Part shown: piece after piece, positions 18,282 through 28,046 of the stretch
How positions within the stretch are numbered: position 1 is the first letter of the stretch
How the letters are laid out: each line of letters opens with the position of its first letter
Virus record (IMG/VR): IMGVR_UViG_3300036944_000487
DNA length: 64,000 nucleotides
DNA from: an uncultured virus (IMG/VR IMGVR_UViG_3300036944_000487)
Lineage: Duplodnaviria; Heunggongvirae; Uroviricota; Caudoviricetes
Reading direction: 5' to 3' (one strand)
The notes under the pieces: generated by a model
Databases searched by the model: none
What the model was told of the DNA's origin: nothing
What the model saw: the letters and a program-made list of their open reading frames with translations, nothing else
Position numbers and translations under genes: made by a program

Positions 18282-18293
18282 CCAAAGAGAGTC

Positions 18294-18719
18294 ATGAGCA
18301 TCCAACTGAAACTCGACGCCGCCGCCATGGCCGCCCTATTCCCTGAAGGCAGTGAGATCCGTCTGGAGCTGCAGCAGGCCGTCATCAACGAGACAGTGCG
18401 AAAGATCGTTGACCGCGAGCTCTCCGTGACTCGCAATCACATCGAATCGCAGTGCAAGCTCATCGTGGAGCAGGCGCTGGCAGCCGAAGGGCTGACCTCG
18501 AAGGTCTGGAAGGGCGTCAAGCTGTCCGACGAGACCGAGAAGCGACTGAAGGAGCAGGCAACGGCCGCAGCAACGACTGCTGTGTCTAAGGCCGTGTACG
18601 AGGCCATGGCGCCCCTGGTGGCTGATCTGGACGCCCGCATCAAGAGATACGCCGAGGGCGAGATGCAAGTTCGTATGAACGGCATGGCCAAGGAAGCCCT
18701 GAGAGGAGCACTCAAATGA
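18294..18719 (+). CDS. hypothetical helical protein
   Basis: 141-aa ORF coupled to next. Confidence 0.65.
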   Translation: MSIQLKLDAAAMAALFPEGSEIRLELQQAVINETVRKIVDRELSVTRNHIESQCKLIVEQALAAEGLTSKVWKGVKLSDETEKRLKEQATAAATTAVSKAVYEAMAPLVADLDARIKRYAEGEMQVRMNGMAKEALRGALK

Positions 18720-18979
18720 TCTTCGAAACCAAGGTCAACGGCATCCCCTGCCAGTGCAAGGTGACCCACTACCTTCCAGGTATCCCAGCCACTGTGAGTG
18801 GTCCTCCTGAAGACTGCCACGAAGGAGATTCAGAAGAGTTCGAGTTCGAGCTGCTCGACCGCAGAGGTCGTCCTGCTGCCTGGCTCGACCGCTACATCAC
18901 CCCTGAGGTGGAAGCCCAACTCGCAGAAGACCACCACGATCTTCTTCGTGCCGACTACTACGAGGGCTTCGATGCCTGA
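18716..18979 (+). CDS. conserved phage protein
   Basis: GIPC...VT, FELLDRRGRPAAWL motif. Confidence 0.7.
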   Translation: MIFETKVNGIPCQCKVTHYLPGIPATVSGPPEDCHEGDSEEFEFELLDRRGRPAAWLDRYITPEVEAQLAEDHHDLLRADYYEGFDA

Positions 18980-18992
18980 CGCAAGGAACAAC

Positions 18993-19247
18993 ATGGACAC
19001 ACTACCGCCGCTGCCACACCAGGAATGGCTTGGATACGATCCCGAGCAGGGCAATCTGCACGGGTACACCGCCGACCAAATGCGCTCCTACGCAGCCGCA
19101 GCACTGGCCCAGCGTGAGCCGCTGACGGATGAGCAGATCAACCGACTCGACACCCAAGCCATACACGGAGGGGCGGACAGTTTATATGCGTTCAGGTTCG
19201 CCCGCGCCATTGAGCGAGCCCACGGCATCACGAAGGACAAACCATGA
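18993..19247 (+). CDS. hypothetical prophage-type protein
   Basis: AAGGA RBS; YTADQMRSYA, PLTDEQI, FARAIERAHGI motifs. Confidence 0.6.
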   Translation: MDTLPPLPHQEWLGYDPEQGNLHGYTADQMRSYAAAALAQREPLTDEQINRLDTQAIHGGADSLYAFRFARAIERAHGITKDKP

Positions 19248-19489
19248 GTGAGCTCCGCGTCTCTCAGAGGATCATGACACCCTTGGGTGCTGCCACCATC
19301 ATCGGCTTCGAGGAGTTTGGTGATGGGATCCCAGGCAACCCTGGGTACACCCCATCCAAGCTCGTCTTCGTCGACAACGGTGGCAGAGTCTGCGCCATGC
19401 TCGATGAACCAGACAACTGGCTTTTCAGCAAGAAGGGAGCTACTCCCTACTTCTTCCGTAGCCAGTGTGGTGAGCTGACCGAACCTTAG
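19244..19489 (+). CDS. hypothetical protein
   Basis: Coupled ORF; converges with next gene. Confidence 0.6.
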   Translation: MSELRVSQRIMTPLGAATIIGFEEFGDGIPGNPGYTPSKLVFVDNGGRVCAMLDEPDNWLFSKKGATPYFFRSQCGELTEP

Positions 19490-20271
19490 TTCATGAGAAG
19501 CGATCGACGCTTCTCGATGGGGTTCTCCGTGTACCGGGTACGAGCCCAGCCACCACACCCACCGCATCGATACCGCTGGTACTGACCCGCTTGGGTCAGA
19601 GCCAGTCCACGACGCTGCAGGTTGGTCGAAGAGCACTTCGGACACTGCATGTCGGTGTTGGCGTTGTACGCAGCCACGTTCGGGTGACCCACCATGTACG
19701 GACGCAACATCAGGTAGACCCTCTCGGTCGCTCGGATGTCCTGGTCGTTGTACAGCCTCATCTCTTCCCAGGCTTCCGGGTTGTCGGCCAGGCACTCTGT
19801 CCACAGCTCGAAGCCAGGGAACTTCTCATGCCTGCTCTTGGGTTGATCCGTCAGGATCTCACTGAGCCAGGCCAGCTTGTTCGACGTGAACGCTGCAATA
19901 GCTTTGGCTTGAAGCATGGTGTCAACCACCTTGTACGGCGTCGGAGGAGGAAGGCCCAGTTCGATAAAGCGAGCATTGATCTTCTTGACATCAAACTTCA
20001 CCCCGTTCTGAGCCACGACGATGTCGGCCTTGTCGAGTACTTCCCAAAGCAGCAACAGCAGCTGCCTGTCGTTGCGAACCTCACCGATTCCCTTGCCTCC
20101 AGTATTGAAGTGATGCACCTTGTGCTTGTCCAACCACTTGTAGGAGAAACTGATGATCGACCAGTCGGACACGATCTGGTTCAGTCCAACGAACTGCTTG
20201 AAGAGCCCCCAGACGTAAGCCAGGATGGGTGAAGTCTCGATGTCGAGCGTGACGATACGGGCGGCATTCAT
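19486..20271 (-). CDS. RNase H-like/DEDD exonuclease with C-terminal zinc ribbon
   Basis: LDIET, NG.KFD, YN.QD, CPKC...CGGC. Confidence 0.85.
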   Translation of the reverse strand: MNAARIVTLDIETSPILAYVWGLFKQFVGLNQIVSDWSIISFSYKWLDKHKVHHFNTGGKGIGEVRNDRQLLLLLWEVLDKADIVVAQNGVKFDVKKINARFIELGLPPPTPYKVVDTMLQAKAIAAFTSNKLAWLSEILTDQPKSRHEKFPGFELWTECLADNPEAWEEMRLYNDQDIRATERVYLMLRPYMVGHPNVAAYNANTDMQCPKCSSTNLQRRGLALTQAGQYQRYRCGGCGGWARTRYTENPIEKRRSLLMN

Positions 20272-20606
20272 TTGTACATCTCCATCAACAGCTTTTCGAA
20301 CATGTTCACGATCTCGTGTTCATTGGCTTCGCTTTGATCCATCTTGAACTTGCGAAGCCGTACGTGGAGAACCTCATGCAGCGCAGTACGCTCCAGTGAG
20401 TCGGGAGTGACTTCCGCAGAACCGAAGTTCTGTCCGATGGCGTACGTGGCCAACATGGCTCCATCGTTGAAAACGACTTCAGCCATGTTCTTCTTGGGTC
20501 TTCGTGTCGACCTCTCGATCCTCCAGTCATTCAGACTGAGAATCCCTTGCCACTTCTTGATGTACTCATCGAACGCCTCACAGTCTTTCAGTGAGACCTC
20601 GTTCAT
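20268..20606 (-). CDS. small zincin-like (HExxH) protein
   Basis: ALHEVLH with downstream E. Confidence 0.65.
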   Translation of the reverse strand: MNEVSLKDCEAFDEYIKKWQGILSLNDWRIERSTRRPKKNMAEVVFNDGAMLATYAIGQNFGSAEVTPDSLERTALHEVLHVRLRKFKMDQSEANEHEIVNMFEKLLMEMYK

Positions 20607-21163
20607 CGAACTGGCTTGGTCACTGCAGCGATCACCGATCGCTTGTCCAGAGTCCTGAAGCCGATGTAGGCAGCAGCCGGAGCCACCAGCAACATGGCCA
20701 GCTCGAGCACTGCCCCACCACTGAAGACTCCCAGGAGCTTCAGAGCCTCGAACACCATCACGTAGGCCATCGTGGCGTACCAGGACTGTCGAGCCATCAG
20801 AGGACGTGTGTGCCTCACATACGGATCCTCTGCAGCATCTCCACCACGGATCGTGGTCTGAGTCTGTTCATGCTCTGCCTGAACATCCTTCAGCCGATCC
20901 GCTTCCATGCCCCGGATGTGCTCACGGATGCTGGCTTCCTCTTGGATCGCCAGCTCCCGTAGACGCAGCATCGTCGAAGGATCTCCTTGAAGAGCGCTCA
21001 GTACTTTTCCTGGCTCTGCTTCGCCAGTAGCACTGCTCACCAAGGAGATCCCTGCAGCCACTGCTCCAGGGACGTTACCAACCAGCAGCGAGCCCACGAG
21101 AGCTGCTCCTGTGCCAGCGTTGCCCTTGAGCCAGTCGCCTACCTCTTTCCAGTTCACTGACAT
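20603..21163 (-). CDS. putative holin (3TM/GTA-holin-like)
   Basis: Coiled region, D..VR..RP, two C-terminal TM segments ending Y.G.RT.DK; next to endolysin. Confidence 0.65.
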   Translation of the reverse strand: MSVNWKEVGDWLKGNAGTGAALVGSLLVGNVPGAVAAGISLVSSATGEAEPGKVLSALQGDPSTMLRLRELAIQEEASIREHIRGMEADRLKDVQAEHEQTQTTIRGGDAAEDPYVRHTRPLMARQSWYATMAYVMVFEALKLLGVFSGGAVLELAMLLVAPAAAYIGFRTLDKRSVIAAVTKPVR

Positions 21164-21531
21164 CAGTAGCTCCAGATCCCAGAGGGAAATTTGGGGTCAT
21201 CACCTAAATGAATGAATCGACCGGTACCTTTCTGCTGCACCCCGATACGGGTGAAGCCAGCCAGGTAAGCCAGAGCAATCAGACGGACTGCATCAGGGCC
21301 TTGGACCGCGATGTCCACAGCACGACCAAAGGAGTGCTCACCAGGACTCCGCTTCTTGGCTTCCACAGGGTGTGAAGGATCCCGGTAACCACTCGAGACT
21401 TCCATGGGCTTGCCGTAAGCAACCCGCAGCTTCTGGAGACGCTCCATGAACTGAGGAACCATCTCGCACTTCCCTGTGTGCTTGCACTTGAGCTCAGCTT
21501 CGGAGAAGTTGGGGTACTCGGACCAGTTCAC
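21163..21531 (-). CDS. Endolysin, peptidase M15A family
   Basis: NFS..EL.C, SSGYR, H..G.AVDI, FIHLG. Confidence 0.88.
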   Translation of the reverse strand: MNWSEYPNFSEAELKCKHTGKCEMVPQFMERLQKLRVAYGKPMEVSSGYRDPSHPVEAKKRSPGEHSFGRAVDIAVQGPDAVRLIALAYLAGFTRIGVQQKGTGRFIHLGDDPKFPSGIWSY

Positions 21532-21833
21532 AGCTCATCCTCTTTCTTTGGAGCTGGCGGGTGGAGTGCCCACTGTCCGTTCACCATGTTCTTCATGTAG
21601 GCCTGGTGAGCTTCGACGTAACGCTCGTTGGCTTCCTCATACCGAATGTCAGCCCGGTGCTTGAAGTACCAACTGATCACCAAGCCAGTGACACCAATGA
21701 GGATGCCAGCCCACATACCGAAGTCAGATGAAGTGATGCCACTGAACATGGTGACTGCGGATCCTGTCCAGGTAGCTTTGTTGGCTGCACCAGAGGCAGC
21801 GATTTCCATTGCAGTTGAATGAGTAGAAGCCAT
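21528..21833 (-). CDS. putative holin
   Basis: KAT..G, TM segment ending WYFK; directly upstream of endolysin. Confidence 0.7.
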   Translation of the reverse strand: MASTHSTAMEIAASGAANKATWTGSAVTMFSGITSSDFGMWAGILIGVTGLVISWYFKHRADIRYEEANERYVEAHQAYMKNMVNGQWALHPPAPKKEDEL

Positions 21834-21835
21834 GA

Positions 21836-22495
21836 TTACTTTGTGATGTCTTGGGTGAATACGTAGGAGCCTGAGCAAGCTGTCCGTTTACGGCCCAAGC
21901 CGTCAATCAACTGGATGTCGTAGTAGAAATGCCCCACTCGATCAGCTTGTTCGCTTGTGATGGGAAACTCAACTCGACCAGCTACTGGATCCACGATTAC
22001 CCCAGCAAGTTGGAATACCTGGTCAGAAATACTGCCAGGCTGCTGCTTGGTCGAAACAGTCAACAGAAACGAATACCCTGTCATGTTCAGCGGCAGATTC
22101 GTCGTCTTCGAGCGAATGACCATTTCAGTGGAGTAAGTATCACCCCGCTTTCTGAGTATGTTTACTTTCTTGGACTGATTCAGCCAGACTTGAATACCGT
22201 CATTCAAAACCAAACCAGAACCAGCAACAAGCTCGCCAATATAACCGACACCTCCTGGACCATATACGGTACCCAGCAGAACGGTCGAGGGATGGGGGTA
22301 TTGCCCTACGACAATAACCACACCCCATTCGTCCAGCAAGATCAGGCCATGCTCATCCAGCAGAGCGTATCCATGCTCATCTTCCAAGTCCCATTGGCTT
22401 TCTGTGCTCACTGTTAGCTGCCCCCCAAACTCGTCATACAGTATTCCGCCAAACTCGTTCAGCAGAGGAAGCCCAAATTCATTTAGTAGTTGCAC
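21836..22495 (-). CDS. tail-associated protein with BppU-N-like C-terminal domain
   Basis: RGDT...PLN.TGY...YYDIQL...G..RT...G...DIT; N-terminal LL(D/N)E.G repeats. Confidence 0.65.
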   Translation of the reverse strand: MQLLNEFGLPLLNEFGGILYDEFGGQLTVSTESQWDLEDEHGYALLDEHGLILLDEWGVVIVVGQYPHPSTVLLGTVYGPGGVGYIGELVAGSGLVLNDGIQVWLNQSKKVNILRKRGDTYSTEMVIRSKTTNLPLNMTGYSFLLTVSTKQQPGSISDQVFQLAGVIVDPVAGRVEFPITSEQADRVGHFYYDIQLIDGLGRKRTACSGSYVFTQDITK

Positions 22496-22517
22496 AGTAA
22501 CTCCAACAACGCTTGGA

Positions 22518-24194
22518 TTAGAAATAGCTCATTGAGTTGCGGATACTCTCAGCAACACGACGAACATAATAGTCCGTACCAGGTTCTTGACCGAATACAA
22601 CGACTCGACTCCCAATCGCAATCCCTGAGGGGTTGGGTGTGACGCCCGACAGTATGTTGGTAATCGCACCACCACTGGCCGTATAGGAGTACGTTGTATT
22701 CGCCGTTTGATCGAGTCCGCTGTAGTTCATCGGCCCGGTTGCAGGGAAAACTGCAAGCTGCACACTGACTGCCGGTGATAAGGGTTGCGGAAACAGCTGA
22801 CCGTTATCCAGGGTGATTGAGCTGGTAGTCACGCTACTCACCGTGGCAATATCAAATTGCAGCGGGTGCACACCGTCTCCCAGCACTGCATTGGCAGGAG
22901 CTCGATGGGTAGTCACATTCTCCGTACCGTTCATGCCGGTTACCCAGGCATCTGACAACGTGAGGGAGGAAGTGACTTCAGTCCCTACTTGTTGTCGAAG
23001 ACGCCACGCAGGCATACCCGCGTAGTTGTGCACACGGAGCCACGGACCAGTAATGCTTTCCATTGCAGTGTCGAGAGCGTCTCGCAAAGCAGGGTATTTC
23101 GAACCTGCACCACCATCATTCGTCCCACCGTTGTTGCCAACCCAGGGATCCATGCACACCAGGACTGCATCAGGGTGATCAGCCCGCAAGCGCTGCCACG
23201 TTGTGTTCATGGCTGACTGTGTGTCCCAGCCGCCACCAGTTCCGGAACCAGTCGGAATCGATTCGTTTACACCTGACATGACAACAACGATGTCTGATGC
23301 ACCGCCTGCCAGGTAATCGGTACGAGAAGGGTCCGCATTCAGTGGATCACCTGGTTCGTAGGTACCTTGGTTTCCGCTCAAGCTCAGCAGAGACGAAAGC
23401 CCACTGTGCCCGTAGCCAGTACCACCATCGCCTGAATAGATCGTGGCGTACGCTCCAAGGCGCGAACCAATGGCTTGGTACAGAAACGCATCTGCAGCAA
23501 CGGTCTTGAAAGCACCTACCGAATCACCCATCGCAGCAAAGCGGAGCGTTCCATCCAGAGGATTGAAAGGGCTCACGCTTGCAGCAGACCGCAGTACCAA
23601 GGCCCCAGGACCAGGACCATCGCAGTACATCAAGAACTTGCGAGACACACTCGACGCGAATAGGAAGTAGAGACCACTTCCCAAGCCATTCGTGTCAGGC
23701 AGCGGATTGAGTTGCTGCGTGTGCTTCCAGCCTTGTCCTTCGTCGACCAACAGTCGTACTCGCAGGGTGGCATTACCGCCACCACCCAGTACCCCAACAA
23801 CATCGCTGGTCGATGTAAACGCAAAGACCGCACCTGACTGCAACGTCAGGTACGGAAGAGAGGCTCCACCAATGCTGCCGGTACCGGCTGACGCCCACTT
23901 CTCCTCGGCATGTCGCCACACGATGGAAGGGAGCAACACCGGGCTCACACCACCTGTTGCACCTGCGTTTGCGTAGGCCACCAAGCCAGTCAGGTTCCCA
24001 GGCAACACAGCTGAACCACGCTGTACGTTGCCGCCTGCCAGGACACCCAAGGTACCGTTCTGAGGCCCTTGCACGATTTGGGGTGGGGTAGTCATGACCC
24101 CAATGCTCGTAGGAGCGACAGACAGAATACGGCGAACTCGAGCCAAAGGCCTAGCGGCTCTCAGTGGAGCAGAGAGCAGTGCAGGGCTGCGCAT
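22518..24194 (-). CDS. tail protein with SGNH/GDSL esterase domain
   Basis: MGDS, GGTGY, SGVNE, DGVHP blocks. Confidence 0.75.
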   Translation of the reverse strand: MRSPALLSAPLRAARPLARVRRILSVAPTSIGVMTTPPQIVQGPQNGTLGVLAGGNVQRGSAVLPGNLTGLVAYANAGATGGVSPVLLPSIVWRHAEEKWASAGTGSIGGASLPYLTLQSGAVFAFTSTSDVVGVLGGGGNATLRVRLLVDEGQGWKHTQQLNPLPDTNGLGSGLYFLFASSVSRKFLMYCDGPGPGALVLRSAASVSPFNPLDGTLRFAAMGDSVGAFKTVAADAFLYQAIGSRLGAYATIYSGDGGTGYGHSGLSSLLSLSGNQGTYEPGDPLNADPSRTDYLAGGASDIVVVMSGVNESIPTGSGTGGGWDTQSAMNTTWQRLRADHPDAVLVCMDPWVGNNGGTNDGGAGSKYPALRDALDTAMESITGPWLRVHNYAGMPAWRLRQQVGTEVTSSLTLSDAWVTGMNGTENVTTHRAPANAVLGDGVHPLQFDIATVSSVTTSSITLDNGQLFPQPLSPAVSVQLAVFPATGPMNYSGLDQTANTTYSYTASGGAITNILSGVTPNPSGIAIGSRVVVFGQEPGTDYYVRRVAESIRNSMSYF

Positions 24195-26008
24195 TACAGA
24201 TCCCAGTCAGCAGCTTGCAGGGAAGCGACTGCATCGCGTGTCGCATCAGACAAACCAGTGCGATAAACAATGTGCTCCACAAAGCCCATGATCGAACCGT
24301 TCAGGCCTTGCGTACCGCAAACATGCCACTGGGTGTTTGCTGACAGGATCGGGTCCGCACCGGAAGATGCGACATCAGAGCTGGCAAGCTGACCTGAGGA
24401 AGTAGCAAACACTCGAAGGTTGCTTGCCTTCGCAGCATGAGCACCAACTGCTGCCGCACCGTACTTGGTCGCAACAACCTGGTGCCACGATGCAAACGGG
24501 ACACCCGTGAGTTGAGCCACTGCAGAGTAGGCGGCGCTGTTCGTAAAACGAAGACGTGATTCACCGGTATCTGTACGGGAGTCCATCAACACCGACGAAC
24601 CCGTCATGTAGCTACCAAACGCGCCGAGAAACACTCCACCTGAGTTGATCTGCTGCACTTGGAACACAGTGCTTTCACCGACAGCACCCACCAGGTTGAT
24701 ACCAGCTGGTCCGATACCTGCAGCTGCCACGATCATCATTGGCTGGGCAGTTACGGTACTGCGGAAACCAGGAACACCACCAGGCCCTGATGTGGGAGTA
24801 AACGGAGGCGCAGTCGCACCTGAGAAGCCAACCGGAACCAACATCAGGCCTGAGCCAGTCTGGTCGTAGATCTCTGTCGGCACCAACGTCCCAGTCGTGG
24901 GGATACCCGTCAGATCCGGATTGCCATCGATGTCGTAAGGGACGAGGTAGTCAGTCGTCGAGTTGTGCCGCAGCTTGAAGAGACGTTTGTCACCCCCAAC
25001 GCCAGACCAAGTCGTGAGTCGACGACGCATGGAGAACACCGCTGACAGTCCAGCCGTGTAGCTGTCCAACATACCCACGAAGGCTTGAACAGGAACAACC
25101 AAATTCGACCAGGCAAACAGAGGCTGGCCTGAAGCACTGACAAGCCTGGTTGCCAAAGACCCTGTGGCTGGGTTGTAGTTGACCTGGCACGTATCCCCAA
25201 CAGTAGCGGGACGAGTCGTGCTCATGGTCAGCGTGTTCCCGACGATAGCGAACGAGCTGGGCGTTTCAACAATCGCCGCACCAACGCTGGGAGTCGTGGT
25301 GATAGTCAGCTTGGCTGCGTCAGGAAGCGTCGAACCAAGAGGAGCGCTAAAGGTGATCGATGCAACGCCTGACGAAATACCCGACTTGAGCGCTGAAACG
25401 GGTACAGGAACAGTGGCAGCTGCACCGCCATCACCCGTCACGCTGTAGTAGGTGGACCAGCCATCGTTGAAGAAGGTGATGTTGTTCACCGCACCCACAG
25501 CAGACGACCAGCCCGAAGAACCACCCCACTCGATCATTCCCGTGAACGTGGGAGCAACCGAACCATTGCTGGCCAGTTTGACTGAGCATTGCGCTCCAGG
25601 AAGAGGGGTGCCCGACACAGTGAAGGCCGTGGCTTCCAGCAGTACCCGTGGGCTGCTGCTCATCATCTTGAGACCATCAAGAGGAATGGCTGCGTTAAAA
25701 CCCACGACAGTGGGGAGCAAGCTAGACAGACCCGACGAGAGTGCAGGCGCACTCCAGATGGCTGCTCCGGAATTCACTGCCGTAAGCACATCCCCGTTTG
25801 CCGGGGTACCCGACACGGTGACGCCCCCGATACCAGTACCTTCAGCAGTAACCAGTAGACCTGAAGTCTTGAGCGCATCCAGCGTGATCTTCTTGGTGGT
25901 GCCCCCAGAGTTGGTCGGCCCTGTCTCACTGACATCGACGATCAACAGCACGTCTGACAAAGCTGCTTGGTTCGCAAGCAATGATGGGTAGCTACTGACT
26001 TCAGACAT
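24194..26008 (-). CDS. tail fibre / receptor-binding protein
   Basis: Gly/Ser/Thr-rich; N-terminus shared with the neighbouring tail gene; lectin-like C-terminal region (FSMRR, IYDQTG). Confidence 0.7.
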   Translation of the reverse strand: MSEVSSYPSLLANQAALSDVLLIVDVSETGPTNSGGTTKKITLDALKTSGLLVTAEGTGIGGVTVSGTPANGDVLTAVNSGAAIWSAPALSSGLSSLLPTVVGFNAAIPLDGLKMMSSSPRVLLEATAFTVSGTPLPGAQCSVKLASNGSVAPTFTGMIEWGGSSGWSSAVGAVNNITFFNDGWSTYYSVTGDGGAAATVPVPVSALKSGISSGVASITFSAPLGSTLPDAAKLTITTTPSVGAAIVETPSSFAIVGNTLTMSTTRPATVGDTCQVNYNPATGSLATRLVSASGQPLFAWSNLVVPVQAFVGMLDSYTAGLSAVFSMRRRLTTWSGVGGDKRLFKLRHNSTTDYLVPYDIDGNPDLTGIPTTGTLVPTEIYDQTGSGLMLVPVGFSGATAPPFTPTSGPGGVPGFRSTVTAQPMMIVAAAGIGPAGINLVGAVGESTVFQVQQINSGGVFLGAFGSYMTGSSVLMDSRTDTGESRLRFTNSAAYSAVAQLTGVPFASWHQVVATKYGAAAVGAHAAKASNLRVFATSSGQLASSDVASSGADPILSANTQWHVCGTQGLNGSIMGFVEHIVYRTGLSDATRDAVASLQAADWDL

Positions 26009-26048
26009 AGAAACTCCTCAGAGAGGTTAAGAAGATGGACCCGAAGAG

Positions 26049-27929
26049 TTACTTGACCGAGTACATCTTCCGAAAGGCTTGAGAACTTTCCACTGCCAGG
26101 TAACTGAAGACGTTTCCGTGCAGACCATCCGGGGTGTACAGACCAGCCGTCACACCGTCAGCTTTCCACTTCCCAGAGTTGCGAGCCGATTCCACAGCGT
26201 CTGCAACTTCAATGAAGTCCTGGTGGGCGTAGCTTTGACCAGCTCGAATGCGGGTGTTGACATCGACTCGCACGGAGTTCAGTGCGTCAGTCGTCTGGTT
26301 TGCAACCGTCAGGAACCCATCGCTGCTGGTGCTCTTGGGAGTGATCGTGGTTTGAAACACAGGTCGACCATGAAGGCTCTTCAAAGCCTGCAGATCACCC
26401 ATCACTTGAAGCGCCGAACGTCCAGTGATGATGTCGTTGATCCCAAGCTGACAAATCACATGAGTCACCCAAGCGGCAATCAGAGAATTGCGCTTGTTGA
26501 AGTTCACGTTCGTTGCCACGGCATTCAGCGTCTGACCTTCAGCGCTGACGTTGATGTAGCTGAAGTCTTCCCTGAGGCTCTTGCCCACAATGCCTCCGGC
26601 GCAAGTGCGATCCAGCACAGCATCACGGGGCACGACATAAGCTGAGATGGAATCCCCGAGGATTGCAAAGACCGGCTTCGAAGTAAGACCGATTAGCGCA
26701 ACCGGACGGTAGTGCGCGTTGTTGTTCGCGTTGTTGATGCTGAGCGCAGCTGAATTGACAGTACCAACCCGGTTGGCAGCAACTCCAGGAGTCCCGTTGA
26801 GGGTACTGATGTCGGTAATGTCCACCGCACCCGAACCCAGGGAATACGCACTGTCGAAGTAGATGGGGGTACCTGCAGTCGAGTTCACCCACACACGCAC
26901 TGCAAAACGCTCACCATCGGGAATCTCGAGCAAGATCGGATCGGTCGTGAGACTGGCTCCAGGAAGAATCGTCCCGTTCAAGCCACCACTGAATGTCGCC
27001 ACAGCAGCGACCGTACCGATGGGGTATTCGACCGAAGCCTGAACAGTCAACGTACCCAAGCCAGTGGACGATTCGTCCTTACCGTGCCAGTTCGCAAAGA
27101 ACATCTTGAACGATGACATCGCGTCCATTGCACGGTAACCGTTCCGGCACATCATTTGCATGTTTCCAGAGCCAGGAGCCGTGTACGTCAGCGGGGTTCC
27201 TGCCCGCGAAGCAATGACGGACTCTCGAGCAGGGCGACCCGTACCGCCTTGCTCGCTGTTGCTGGCAGTCACCGGGTGTGCTGGGGACACGGACGACCAG
27301 ATCAGAGTGCCTCGCAGGTACACCAAGTTACCTGACCAATCCACGGCCACATCACCTTCTGTACCTCCGGAAGGAGCACCTGATGTCTCCTTGCAGGTAT
27401 TCGCGTCTGTCGTCAACACACGCACAAGGCCAGGTCGCAGACTGACTTTGCGAGCATGGCTTGCAGAAGCAATCGCAGCGTTGTTGCCGCCAGTACCAAT
27501 CGTCCAGATTCGCTGACCAGCTTCTCCAACGATCTGGAATAGCTGACCTTCAGCGTATCGACCCGTACCGGTACTGGCGATCAGAGAGCGTTCTGTGACG
27601 ACAGCAGTATCAAACTCAGAGCGGGTAAATATCGGATATGGACTCGGCCCGTCCGACGATCCAGTAGATCCAGCCAGAGTACCCCAGGTCGCTGCAAGAG
27701 GCCCCGAAGCAATCGGAACTTGCCCAGCCGTGGGTACACCCGACAGCACCACATCGCCCAACCCACCCGAAGAAAGCAATCCGGATTCTCGGAGATTGGC
27801 GATGGTGACCTTTTTGGTCGTACCACCAGTATGGCCGGTACCTGCTTCGCTGACATCCACGATAGCCAGGACATCCAGGTCCGCAACCTGATTCGCCAGC
27901 TGAAGAGGGTATGTGCTGATTTGAGGCAT
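26049..27929 (-). CDS. tail fibre/spike with SGNH esterase domain
   Basis: ILGDSIS, LGIND, DGLH blocks; shared N-terminal anchor. Confidence 0.78.
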   Translation of the reverse strand: MPQISTYPLQLANQVADLDVLAIVDVSEAGTGHTGGTTKKVTIANLRESGLLSSGGLGDVVLSGVPTAGQVPIASGPLAATWGTLAGSTGSSDGPSPYPIFTRSEFDTAVVTERSLIASTGTGRYAEGQLFQIVGEAGQRIWTIGTGGNNAAIASASHARKVSLRPGLVRVLTTDANTCKETSGAPSGGTEGDVAVDWSGNLVYLRGTLIWSSVSPAHPVTASNSEQGGTGRPARESVIASRAGTPLTYTAPGSGNMQMMCRNGYRAMDAMSSFKMFFANWHGKDESSTGLGTLTVQASVEYPIGTVAAVATFSGGLNGTILPGASLTTDPILLEIPDGERFAVRVWVNSTAGTPIYFDSAYSLGSGAVDITDISTLNGTPGVAANRVGTVNSAALSINNANNNAHYRPVALIGLTSKPVFAILGDSISAYVVPRDAVLDRTCAGGIVGKSLREDFSYINVSAEGQTLNAVATNVNFNKRNSLIAAWVTHVICQLGINDIITGRSALQVMGDLQALKSLHGRPVFQTTITPKSTSSDGFLTVANQTTDALNSVRVDVNTRIRAGQSYAHQDFIEVADAVESARNSGKWKADGVTAGLYTPDGLHGNVFSYLAVESSQAFRKMYSVK

Positions 27930-28046
27930 ATGATTTTCCGCTACTTTGAAGTAAGACCCATATGAAAGTATACCTATACAGCACTACATACTCGTTTCAC
28001 AAGCCGCAAAGTATCGAGACCACCCACAAACAAAGGAAGAACAACC

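Noticed and set aside
19486..27929. Tail and lysis module in mid-genome on the minus strand as a novel rearrangement
   Set aside because: Mid-genome tail/lysis blocks occur in other N4-like phages, to my recollection
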